A stretch of 64,000 nucleotides of DNA from Candidatus Poribacteria bacterium (lineage in GTDB: Bacteria; Poribacteria; WGA-4E; WGA-3G): assembly GCA_965116815.1 (NCBI GenBank), contig OZ220722.1:1695050-1759049 (forward strand), in the 5' to 3' direction. Under the pieces are notes generated by a model that was not told the DNA's origin, did not search any database, and worked only from the letters and a program-made list of their open reading frames with translations. The stretch's first letter is position 1, and each line of letters begins with the position of its first letter. Made by a program: the position numbers and the translations under genes. Of the stretch, positions 48,290 to 57,602 are shown in pieces.

Positions 48290-48382
48290 GTTTCAATGGT
48301 GGCATCAGTTGGTATGCTGTAGAACTATAGGGTTGTACTCTTAAAGCGATTGAGTTTCCCGGACTTCGCTGGAGGCGAAACT

Positions 48383-48718
48383 ATGTTTATGCAGAAACTC
48401 AAAGCCAGCCTTCGATTTCTCGGAATTCTGTTTGTTAGAATTTTGGCGGGAGTCGTAATAGGGCACTTGTGGGTTATCGCTGTGGCACTTGTTTTTCATC
48501 ACACAGGGGAGAATATAGTATCTCAACACGCGGAAATAGGTCCCCATCACGGTCTTTATGACTATTTTGATTCAAGATACGACATAGGTCCTATTTTTCG
48601 TATTGTCGCTTGGGTCGCATGTATAGGAAACTTGGGGTGTATGGCACTTGGATTTCTCTGGGGTATTTCTCAAGGTAGGTTGGGTTTACGGAGATGGTTG
48701 AAAAAGCAGCGGGCTTAA
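48383..48718 (+). CDS. Small membrane protein (3 TM), hypothetical
   Basis: GGAGG RBS 8 nt before the ATG at 48383. Hydrophobic throughout. Confidence 0.45.
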   Translation: MFMQKLKASLRFLGILFVRILAGVVIGHLWVIAVALVFHHTGENIVSQHAEIGPHHGLYDYFDSRYDIGPIFRIVAWVACIGNLGCMALGFLWGISQGRLGLRRWLKKQRA

Positions 48719-48746
48719 AAAATAGGGTCATCTTTGAAAGGAAGTT

Positions 48747-49136
48747 ATGGATCAGACTGAATTTTATCAAGCGAAATTAAACTACGAAACAGATTCTTGG
48801 GATCTCTATGAAGCACTCAATAACGGGGAACCTATCGTTGTTATAGATGCCCGTTCTCCAGAGGCGTATGCCCTTGAACACATACCAACATCAATAAATA
48901 TCCCGCATCGAACAATGTCTGAGGTGACTACACGTGAACTTGATAAATCAAAATTATATGTGACCTACTGTGATGGTATCGGCTGTAATGCTTCCACAAA
49001 AGGTGCCTTGAATATGGCAAAGTTGGGATTTCAGGTTAAGGAACTTATGGGTGGCTTAGATTGGTGGAAACGTGATAGCTATGAAACGAAAGGTAAACAA
49101 GGCGTGCCGGGGACTGAGGTTGTGTGTGGGTGCTAA
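48747..49136 (+). CDS. Rhodanese-like domain protein
   Basis: PIVVIDARSPEAYALEHIP..INIP and the cysteine loop YCDGIGCNAS. Confidence 0.7.
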   Translation: MDQTEFYQAKLNYETDSWDLYEALNNGEPIVVIDARSPEAYALEHIPTSINIPHRTMSEVTTRELDKSKLYVTYCDGIGCNASTKGALNMAKLGFQVKELMGGLDWWKRDSYETKGKQGVPGTEVVCGC

Positions 49137-49198
49137 ATATGATCGTAAAAAATTTAATTTGCAATTGCAAACCGGATAGTGTATAATTAAATTACTAT

Positions 49199-49271
49199 TC
49201 CCCCATAGCTCAGTCGGTAGAGCAGATGGCTGTTAACCATCGTGTCGGCGGTTCGAGTCCGTCTGGGGGAG
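49199..49271 (+). tRNA. tRNA-Asn (anticodon GTT)
   Basis: Acceptor stem TCCCCCA/TGGGGGA. D-arm GCTCAGTCGGTAGAGC. Anticodon loop CTGTTAA. T-arm GGCGGTTCGAGTCCGTC. No encoded CCA. Confidence 0.9.
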
Positions 49272-49372
49272 TTTTGAATTTTGCTGGCGGGCTTTGGTGG
49301 TCAAGGTTCGCCAGCAAATCTTTTTAATCTGTTCTTGTTCAAATTCACCCTACTTCTCCACTGGAGGTCAAT

Positions 49373-50197
49373 ATGCCTAAGAAATTTACCGATGCACAAC
49401 TTGATGAACTCTTAGCGAAAGGCTACTTAATTGTCCCCGACTACTATTCAGATGAACAACTTGCGGAGATGCAAGCTGCCCAACGCCGTGTACTCCGGAC
49501 ATGGGAAGAAGTTAAGGATGATCCACCCCCCGGTAGAGCAACTTTGACCGAATTCCCGCCCGCTGAAATGGCTTTATTACGCGCGATCGTGGACCACGAT
49601 GCATGGGAATTCGCACGTCAATTTCTGAAAACGGAGCATATTCACTTCCGTGCTGGGTGTATGATTGCACGCTATCCCGGATTTAAAGGCCCGGGTGTCG
49701 GTAGCGATCCGAACAATTTGCACATTGATAACAGTAACAACTCACTGCTCCCACAGTCTGAAAGTGCCCGTGAATTCGGGCAAATCGGTTTTTGGGTACA
49801 CCTTGAGGATGTTGACGAAGATCAGGCACCGCTTAGGCTACTTGCTAAGGAACACGGACGGGATACCTCTAAATACGAACCGCTTGTTTGCAAAGGTGGA
49901 ACTGTCTGTATTTTTAACAACTATACATTGCATTCAGCAAGCGATTATCTACGGGAAGATGGACAACGTTTTACATGGGGATTCGGTTTAGGACGTGCAG
50001 ACCACTATTGGGAAGGTTTTCGGCACTACACAGACAAAGGTCGAAATCCAACATTCTCGAAATTCATCGGTACGCTGACAGCGGCAGAACGTGAAGTCTT
50101 TCGGTTTCCACCCGCTGGACATCCGTATTATACACCCCAAACACTTGAGGCGTTGGAAGAACAGTATCCTGGTTGGAACGACCGCGGTGAGTATTGA
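49373..50197 (+). CDS. PhyH-like Fe(II)/2-oxoglutarate dioxygenase family protein
   Basis: N-terminal FTDAQLDELLAKGYLIVPDYYSDEQL. HID (HxD) facial-triad motif. Confidence 0.55.
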   Translation: MPKKFTDAQLDELLAKGYLIVPDYYSDEQLAEMQAAQRRVLRTWEEVKDDPPPGRATLTEFPPAEMALLRAIVDHDAWEFARQFLKTEHIHFRAGCMIARYPGFKGPGVGSDPNNLHIDNSNNSLLPQSESAREFGQIGFWVHLEDVDEDQAPLRLLAKEHGRDTSKYEPLVCKGGTVCIFNNYTLHSASDYLREDGQRFTWGFGLGRADHYWEGFRHYTDKGRNPTFSKFIGTLTAAEREVFRFPPAGHPYYTPQTLEALEEQYPGWNDRGEY

Positions 50198-50205
50198 ATC
50201 GAATA

Positions 50206-51137
50206 TGATGAAAGTCATGATTCCACCAATTAAGTGTCAAGGGATTAAAAGCAAACTTGTTCCTTTCATAAAGCGAGCTGTGGATTGGTCTTTTGAAGGT
50301 AGATGGATTGAACCCTTTATGGGTTCGGGGGTTGTTGGTTTCAATATCATACCCCGCGATGCTGTTTTTGCAGATAGCAATCCACATTTGATTAACTTCT
50401 ATAATGCCATCGCGAGTGGAAAGATTGATGGTTTGAAAGTGAGAAGTTTCCTTGAACAACACGGTGAGATGTTATCAAGACGTGGACAAGATTATTATTA
50501 TGAAGTTCGAGAGCGGTTTAATAAGACGCATGAACCTTTGGATTTCCTTTTTTTAAATCGCAGCTGCTTCAATGGCATGATTCGGTTCAATCGTAAGGGA
50601 GACTTTAATGTCCCTTTCGGGCACAAACCGCAGCGATTTTCCAAAGGATACATCACAAAGATTGTGAACCAAATTGACTACGTTTACGTTATGTCAAGGC
50701 ATTCTAATTGGTCATTTATCTGCCAAGATTATAGAGAAACACTCAAAGAGATTTCTGAAAACGATTTTGTCTACTGTGATCCACCTTACGCTGGACGGCA
50801 CGTTGATTATTTTGATAGTTGGGACGAAGAAAATGAACGATCCCTATTTAAGATGCTGCGTCAATCTCCTTGCAAATTCATCTTATCCACTTGGCATAGT
50901 AATCAGTACAGGAAAAATGTTTTTCTTGAGACGCTCTGGTCAGAATTTCACGTGTTAACCAAGGAACACTTTTATCACGTCGGTGCGAAAGAGAAAAATA
51001 GAAAACCGATGCTTGAGGCATTGGTCATGAATTTCACACCTAAACACTCGCATGAGGAACCGACTGGGCGAGCTGAACAACTTCTGCTTTTTGAAAAGTT
51101 GGCAGCATATCAAAGAAGTGAAAGTTTGGTGTCGTGA
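50206..51137 (+). CDS. Dam-family (D12 class) DNA N6-adenine methyltransferase
   Basis: Motif I EPFMGSGVVGFN and motif IV VYCDPPY. The ATG at 50206 is 9 nt after the upstream stop. Confidence 0.75.
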
Positions 51138-51142
51138 AAATG

Positions 51143-52777
51143 TTAAAAAGGCGTTTTTCGGAGCGGTTCGGACATCAACCATCCGATGATGTTGACAATA
51201 TCGTCCTGCCGTTCCTGTAGCATCACTTCGATGAGTGCCGGTTTTTCTGCCGCGAGCGCGTCCCGTAAAGTATCCTTGAAATCATCCAAATTCTCGACTC
51301 GCTTGGCATACGCACCGAAAGACTGCGCGAATTCGACAAAATCGGGATTAAGTAGATCGGTATCAATCGTGCGTCCTTCACACCCTTTCTGTTGAGACCC
51401 CTTAATCGCTGACAAAGCACCGTCATTCACCACGATCGCCACGACGTTAATGCCGTATTTCATAGCGGTCGCCATCTCCACGGCTCCCATCAGAAACCCA
51501 CCATCGCCACTGAAGCAGATAACCGGTCGATCAGGATGTGCGACTTTAGCACCGATCGCCGCAGGATACGCGTGCCCTAACGCCACGCCGATATTGGGGT
51601 AGAGGAAAGTTCTCGGATCGTAGATAGGAAATTCAGCAAAAGAAGCATAACCGAGCGCGTGGACATCAATCGCGTAGATGGTGTCTCGTGGAAGCACATC
51701 TTGTAGTTCATGAATGACCGGTAAAGATGGCTGCGCATCAAAATCTGTTCGGAGTTCTGCCAACGTCTCGTTCCATCCGTTTTCACCGGGGGGGACATCC
51801 TCAATGAGTGCTTGCAACGTCAGTTTCAGATCACCGACGACCCCCACATCACACGGATATTCAAGCCCAATCTCGTCCGCATCCTCGTCAATTTGGATGA
51901 AGGGTTGCGGTAGCTCCAGACTCCAATTTCGGGTATCAATAGAGGTAAAGCGCGGTCCGATGCCAATTAGACAATCAGCGCGTTGGAGTGCCTCGCGTCC
52001 GAGGTAGCCGTAGCAAATTTGGAGTGCCAACGGATGGTCTTCTGACAAGACTCCCTTCCCATTGCGGGTGACGATGACAGGCGCGTTCAGTTTTTCGGCA
52101 AGGAGACGTAACTCGTTTCGGGCGTTTGAATGAAAGACAGCGGAACCTGCAAAAATCAGTGGCATCTTCGCGTTGCGGATCGTCTCAACAGCGGTACTGA
52201 GATCTGTCTCGTCAGGTGGAGGTAGTTCGGCGCGTTCTACACGTGATGGAATCCGAACATCGCCGTCTCCAGTGACGACATCCATCGGGAATTCCAACAT
52301 TGTCGGTCCCGGTCTCCCGTTACGCATCGCTCTAAAGGCGTTTTCAACAACGATAGGAATCTCAGCGACGGTGTGGGCGATAGCGCAGTATTTGGTAATT
52401 GATTCAAAGAACCGCATCTGATCCAAGCCGTGGAACATTTTACTGGGGTGTTTGCTATAGAGACTGGAATCGCTTTGACCCGTAATCAGCAGAACGGGTG
52501 CGCAATCGGTGAATGCTTCTAAAATCCCAGTAGAGGCATTACTGGCACCGGGACCCGGCACAGTGATAGCCACCCCGACTTCTCCGGTTGCGCGGGCGAA
52601 ACCGTCTGCCATCTGTGTCGCCGCGTACTCGTGCCGGACCAGGTAGTGGTCAATCATGCCTTTCCCGCGTCGGAGCAAGGCATCATAAATCTGAATGTTT
52701 TGGGTGCCGGGCATCCCGAAAACGGCTGAAACGCCTTGTGCTTTCAAGCATTCAATGAGAATATCTGCGCCTTTCAC
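51143..52777 (-). CDS. Thiamine-pyrophosphate-dependent enzyme (acetolactate-synthase / sulfoacetaldehyde-acetyltransferase family)
   Basis: N-terminal TPP_N (GADILIECLKAQGVSAVFGMPG), central domain and C-terminal GDGGF motif. Confidence 0.8.
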   Translation of the reverse strand: MKGADILIECLKAQGVSAVFGMPGTQNIQIYDALLRRGKGMIDHYLVRHEYAATQMADGFARATGEVGVAITVPGPGASNASTGILEAFTDCAPVLLITGQSDSSLYSKHPSKMFHGLDQMRFFESITKYCAIAHTVAEIPIVVENAFRAMRNGRPGPTMLEFPMDVVTGDGDVRIPSRVERAELPPPDETDLSTAVETIRNAKMPLIFAGSAVFHSNARNELRLLAEKLNAPVIVTRNGKGVLSEDHPLALQICYGYLGREALQRADCLIGIGPRFTSIDTRNWSLELPQPFIQIDEDADEIGLEYPCDVGVVGDLKLTLQALIEDVPPGENGWNETLAELRTDFDAQPSLPVIHELQDVLPRDTIYAIDVHALGYASFAEFPIYDPRTFLYPNIGVALGHAYPAAIGAKVAHPDRPVICFSGDGGFLMGAVEMATAMKYGINVVAIVVNDGALSAIKGSQQKGCEGRTIDTDLLNPDFVEFAQSFGAYAKRVENLDDFKDTLRDALAAEKPALIEVMLQERQDDIVNIIGWLMSEPLRKTPF

Positions 52778-53107
52778 GTACTAATCTCCTTTGTCTTTGC
52801 TGAGAAAATTTTCCAACCACGCATCAGGATCATATCCCAGTCGCCGTAGTGATTGACAGCCGATCCGTTTTAGAAAATTTGGGATGAGGTTAAAGAGTCT
52901 AAGTCGCCAATTCATTTTTTAATTTGTTGTTCCTGGGCTGCTCTCCATTACATTACGAGCAGGTTTCTGGTTGATTTATACTGGGTTTGGAAACTTTGAC
53001 GCTTCTTCAACAAAACATGAAACCTTTAGCCTGCAACAACGGCGCAGGCGGATATACGCAAAGGAACATTATTTATCCAACCTACCTCACCGGACCGCAA
53101 GGAAGAA

Positions 53108-54235
53108 TTAAAAAAGTGCGTTGCCAGTGGTTTTATCAAAAAAATGCATTCGTTCCGAGACAAATGTGACGTAGATATGCTGTCCGATTTCCGCTTCAAA
53201 GTTGGGTGCTGTGGACGCTTTAAGGATCGTATGCGCGCCTGCGGTATCTGTTCCGAGGGTTATCTCAACGATTGTCTCTGCACCGAGCGGTTCAGCACTA
53301 TAAACTTCAGCCTGAAATGCATTCGGGATTGACTGATGGCTAACAACGATGTCTTCAGGGTGCACGCCAAAGACAAGATTCCTTTCTGAGTCACTATCGT
53401 TTAGCGTTTTAGAAATCCTTGTGTCCTGAATTGCTACCGAATTGTCGCTTCCAAGATCGTGTGCTAACCTCAACTGGAGTTCACCGTTGGTACTGGAGAT
53501 GTCGCACGGAATGCAATTCATGCTTGGATTTCCAACAAAACCGGCGACGAATAGGTTGTCGGGATGATTATAGATTTCAGAGGGTGTCCCGAGTTGCTGG
53601 ATTTTACCGGCTTCAAGGACTGCGATCCGGTCCGCCATCGACATCGCTTCGGTTTGATCGTGCGTCACGTAGAAGGTTGTTGTGCCGAGTTCCTGTTGCC
53701 GCCAACGAATTTCCGAGCGCATCTCTGCCCGAAGTTTCGCATCAAGATTGGAGATCGGTTCATCCATGAGAAATACTTGGGGACGACGCACCATGGCGCG
53801 TCCGAGTCCGACCCGCTGCGTTTCACCGCCGCTTAACTGGTTCGGTGTGCGCATGAGTAGATGTTCAATGTGAAGCATCTGTGCAATATCTCTGACACGC
53901 CGATCAATTTCCTCTGCCGAGAGCTTTCTCGGATGCAGTGGGAACGCCATGTTCTCGTAAACACTCAGGTGCGGATAAAGGATATGCGATTGGAAAACGA
54001 AAGCGACATCACGTTCTGCGGGGGTTTTATCGTTGACACTGACACCGTCCAAGTAGATTGTACCTTCTTCGGGTTTGTCCAAACCAGCGATACAACGCAG
54101 CGTTGTTGTTTTTCCAGCACCGGTTTGACCAAGAAGCACGAAAAATTCCTGATCTTGGATATCGAGCGTGATGTCGTCAAGCGCGATCAGGTCGCCGAAC
54201 CGTTTTGTAATGTTTTCGAGTTTTACTGTTGCCAT
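53108..54235 (-). CDS. ABC transporter ATP-binding protein (FbpC/PotA/MalK family with C-terminal TOBE-like domain)
   Basis: Walker A GQTGAGKTT. Signature LSGGETQRV. Walker B FLMDEP. Confidence 0.85.
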   Translation of the reverse strand: MATVKLENITKRFGDLIALDDITLDIQDQEFFVLLGQTGAGKTTTLRCIAGLDKPEEGTIYLDGVSVNDKTPAERDVAFVFQSHILYPHLSVYENMAFPLHPRKLSAEEIDRRVRDIAQMLHIEHLLMRTPNQLSGGETQRVGLGRAMVRRPQVFLMDEPISNLDAKLRAEMRSEIRWRQQELGTTTFYVTHDQTEAMSMADRIAVLEAGKIQQLGTPSEIYNHPDNLFVAGFVGNPSMNCIPCDISSTNGELQLRLAHDLGSDNSVAIQDTRISKTLNDSDSERNLVFGVHPEDIVVSHQSIPNAFQAEVYSAEPLGAETIVEITLGTDTAGAHTILKASTAPNFEAEIGQHIYVTFVSERMHFFDKTTGNALF

Positions 54236-54521
54236 AAATGTTTTGTACTGCTGTCCTGTTGGTATTGTTTTAATATAACATGAATCGCGTTTAGGGGCAA
54301 CAGAAATTGGTTCTCAGTTTTCGGTTGTTGGTAGTCGGTGAGGGAACACATTTTTGCGGAAGAACGGCGCGATTGCAAACCTTACCCACCACTTATGCGA
54401 AGAACGCAATAGCCTTAGGAACTTGAAAAAAATAAATGCAATTCGGCAGCGTATAGAGTATAATTAATGAAGTAGCTTTCAGGTTTACGCTATTGCAAGC
54501 AAACAAAAGGTTGGAGGAAAG

Positions 54522-56321
54522 ATGCTGAATCGCCCAGAGGCACAACAGAACGCTCAAGGACATCTGTCTTTAATGGACAGGATCAGACGGCAGTACGATT
54601 TAACCCCCTCAATCACGTCGGTTTTCGGACTGACGATCCTGTTTTTCGCTGTTTTCCTCATATATCCACTCCTCTATGTTTTCAAAGAAGCGTTCTGGAT
54701 TGAAAATAAATTCAATCTTACATACTTCAAACTGATGGTGACCGATCCGAATATCCGAGAACTGGTTATCAATAGTCTCGAAATCGGTGTGATGGTCACG
54801 ATAATGACGAGCATTGTTAGCTTGCCACTCGCGTATTTTTTGACACGATACCGGTATCCTGGACGCGATATGTTGCGCGCTGTCATCTTAATTCCGATGA
54901 TTATGCCACCCTTTGTTGGGGCAATTGGAATGCAGCAGTTTTTCGGGTTGTTTGGAAGCGTGAATATGCTTCTCGTGAAACTCAATCTAATTGATATATC
55001 GGAAACCATTGACTGGTTCGGTGGCGGGTTCTGGGGTGTGGTGATGTTGTCAACGTTGCACCTATATCCGATAATGTATCTCAACATCGTTGCTGCGCTC
55101 GCAAACGTTGATCCGAGTTTAGAAGAAGCCGCAGAGAATATGGGGGCATCTCGGTTCCAAGTTTTCCGGCAAATAACGTTGCCCTTGATGATGCCGGGTT
55201 ATTTCGCGGGAGCGATTCTCGTTTTTATCTGGGCATTTACGGATCTCGGCACGCCTCTAATCTTTAATTACAATGAAGTCGTTGCGGTGCGAATTTTCCG
55301 ACAAGTAACTGAAGCGAATCAGAACCCGATGGGGTACGCGCTTGTTGTGCTAATCATCGTCCTGACAGCACTCGCCTTTTATGTTTCTAAGCGGTGGACA
55401 GGCAGTAGACACTATGAGATGCTTGGCAGAGGACACGTGACTTCACGCGAGGTAGATACGAAATGGGCGATGCGTAGTATCATCTACCTCTTTATCGGTG
55501 GACTGACGTTTACGGCGTTGTTGCCCCATATTAGTGTGATTCTGATCTCTTTAACCCCGGATGCAAGCCAGTGGCGATTGAGTGTACTACCGCAATCTTT
55601 GACCTTTGCGCATTATATTGAAACCTTCACGCATTCCGATACGCTACCAAGTATCCTCAATAGCCTGAAATACAGCGTTTTTAGTACACTATTGGCACTT
55701 TTGGTAGGTGTCGTGGTGTCGTATCTACTCACTCGCAAACGTCTTCCATTTCAAAATCTGTTGGATGCAATCGCGATGTTACCTTTAGCATTGCCTGGGG
55801 TGGCAATAGCATTTGGATACATGGGCAGCTTCGCAGATACGACGCTTTTACTGAAACATCTCCCAGAAGCGTTCATCAATGTGATTGATCCGAGGAAGAA
55901 TCCGACGTTCCTGTTAATTATTAGTTATGCAGTGCGGCGGTTGCCGTATATGCTGCGCTCCATCTATGCGGGACTTCAGCAGACGAGCGTGTCGTATGAA
56001 GAGGCATCACAAAATGTAGGCGCGACCCCGATCCGAACCTTGTATAAGATTACCTTGCCTTTGGTCATCGCGAATATCCTCGCTGGTGCGATTCTGGTAT
56101 TCTCGTTCTCTATGTTAGAAGTGAGTGATAGCTTAATCTTGGCAATGCAGGATAAGTACTACCCAATTACAAAAGCGATTTGGGCACTCTCCCAGCGTCC
56201 TGATCACGGCGCATATACTGCGAGTGCGCTGGGTGTGGTGGGGATGTTAATTCTAATCGCGTGTCTGCTTGGTGCGGGACGTGTGCTTGGTGGAAAGTTA
56301 GGAGAGATTTTCCGCATTTAG
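54522..56321 (+). CDS. Fe(3+)-type ABC transporter permease with duplicated TM domains
   Basis: Two EAA loops (LEEAAENMGASRFQVFRQITLP and YEEASQNVGATPIRTLYKITLP). RBS GGAGG. Confidence 0.8.
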   Translation: MLNRPEAQQNAQGHLSLMDRIRRQYDLTPSITSVFGLTILFFAVFLIYPLLYVFKEAFWIENKFNLTYFKLMVTDPNIRELVINSLEIGVMVTIMTSIVSLPLAYFLTRYRYPGRDMLRAVILIPMIMPPFVGAIGMQQFFGLFGSVNMLLVKLNLIDISETIDWFGGGFWGVVMLSTLHLYPIMYLNIVAALANVDPSLEEAAENMGASRFQVFRQITLPLMMPGYFAGAILVFIWAFTDLGTPLIFNYNEVVAVRIFRQVTEANQNPMGYALVVLIIVLTALAFYVSKRWTGSRHYEMLGRGHVTSREVDTKWAMRSIIYLFIGGLTFTALLPHISVILISLTPDASQWRLSVLPQSLTFAHYIETFTHSDTLPSILNSLKYSVFSTLLALLVGVVVSYLLTRKRLPFQNLLDAIAMLPLALPGVAIAFGYMGSFADTTLLLKHLPEAFINVIDPRKNPTFLLIISYAVRRLPYMLRSIYAGLQQTSVSYEEASQNVGATPIRTLYKITLPLVIANILAGAILVFSFSMLEVSDSLILAMQDKYYPITKAIWALSQRPDHGAYTASALGVVGMLILIACLLGAGRVLGGKLGEIFRI

Positions 56322-56657
56322 GGGCATCTTCAATCTTCATGAAGTCATAACATCGTAGGTTGGGTTGAGCGGAGTTTCCGAGAAAAATGATATGGACACC
56401 GCAAGTATATTTACCGCCCTACACCGTTCTATCAAGCAAGGAGATAGCGAAACCCAACGCAAACCTACCGCTATGTTTGTAGCGTTTGACGTAAAGAATG
56501 TTGGGTTTCGCTGGGTTTCTCTACGCCTCTGCGGGTATATCAGGTTTGATGTCTTTTGAAATATCTACCTTTGATTTTCAACCCCGCTCAACCCAACCTA
56601 CAAGAGCACGGAAATCGTAAATTGACATCTATGGTGGAACTGCTGGTAGGAGATATA

Positions 56658-57245
56658 ATGGATATTTTGCATAGCATTCGCGGTGCGTTGTTGGAAGCAC
56701 AGGACATCCTCAATCGGTTTATCGGAAACCCTGAGAACATCGCAACCATCGCGGAAACAGCGGAGATGATTCGAGACGTTTTTGAACAGGAGCAGAGAAT
56801 CTTCACCTGCGGAAACGGCGGGAGTTTGTGCGATGCTGTCCATTTTGCTGAGGAATGCACAGGCAAGTTCCGCAGCGATAGAAAACCGCTTCCGGCAATC
56901 GCACTCGGCGATGCGGGACATATTACCTGTACGGCAAACGATTTCGGGTTTGCGGAGATCTTCGCGCGTCCACTCTCAGCACTTGGACACCCTGGCGACT
57001 TACTCATCGTTCTCTCGACCAGCGGAAATTCTGAAAATGTTGTGCGCGCTGCAGTGGTGGCGAAATCACGCGGGATGCAGGTGTTCGGGCTGCTCGGTGG
57101 GGATGGCGGAGGCCTTAAGCAACACTGTGATATTTGTCTAATCGCACCCGGAAACACCGCAGATCGGATTCAGGAAATCCATATAAAAGTATTGCACATC
57201 TTGATAGAGCATGTTGAGCGGTTGATGTTCCCAGAGAATTATTGA
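56658..57245 (+). CDS. gmhA: D-sedoheptulose-7-phosphate isomerase (SIS domain)
   Basis: FTCGNGGSLCDAVHFAEECTGKF...VLSTSGNSENV...ADRIQEIHIKVLHILIEHVE closely follows the GmhA pattern. The ATG at 56658 has a GGAGAT RBS. Confidence 0.7.
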   Translation: MDILHSIRGALLEAQDILNRFIGNPENIATIAETAEMIRDVFEQEQRIFTCGNGGSLCDAVHFAEECTGKFRSDRKPLPAIALGDAGHITCTANDFGFAEIFARPLSALGHPGDLLIVLSTSGNSENVVRAAVVAKSRGMQVFGLLGGDGGGLKQHCDICLIAPGNTADRIQEIHIKVLHILIEHVERLMFPENY

Positions 57246-57320
57246 CAAGTAACACCGTTCTTTGATACGGTTTTGTGAAGATTTCTTTAGGGTTTGCAAC
57301 TTAATAGTGGAGGACAATTT

Positions 57321-57602
57321 ATGGAAACATCGGAAAGAAATAAGGCGTATTGGCGGAAAAACCTGCAATATCTCGCTATTTTATTGGGAATTTGGTTTAT
57401 CACCTCGTATTTATGCTCAATTGTATTTGTTGATCAGCTGGACAAAATCCAAATCAGAGGCTATCGTCTCGGTTTTTATTTTGCGCAACAGGCATCCATC
57501 TGGATTTTCGTTGAACTTATTTTTGTTTATGCATGGTTGATGAACCGTCTGGAGAGGAAATATACACAACAGGAAGATGAGGAGGGCGCAGAACAATCAT
57601 GA
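57321..57602 (+). CDS. DUF4212 small membrane protein (solute:sodium symporter small subunit)
   Basis: Two TM helices. Stop overlaps the symporter start (ATGA). GGAGG RBS. Confidence 0.65.
   Translation: METSERNKAYWRKNLQYLAILLGIWFITSYLCSIVFVDQLDKIQIRGYRLGFYFAQQASIWIFVELIFVYAWLMNRLERKYTQQEDEEGAEQS

Noticed and set aside
49199-51137. tRNA-Asn-associated genomic island / integrative element
   Set aside because: No integrase, no excisionase, and no direct repeat of the tRNA 3' end were found within the window. Only the 'acquired-looking' gene content (Dam, HEPN) is suggestive.
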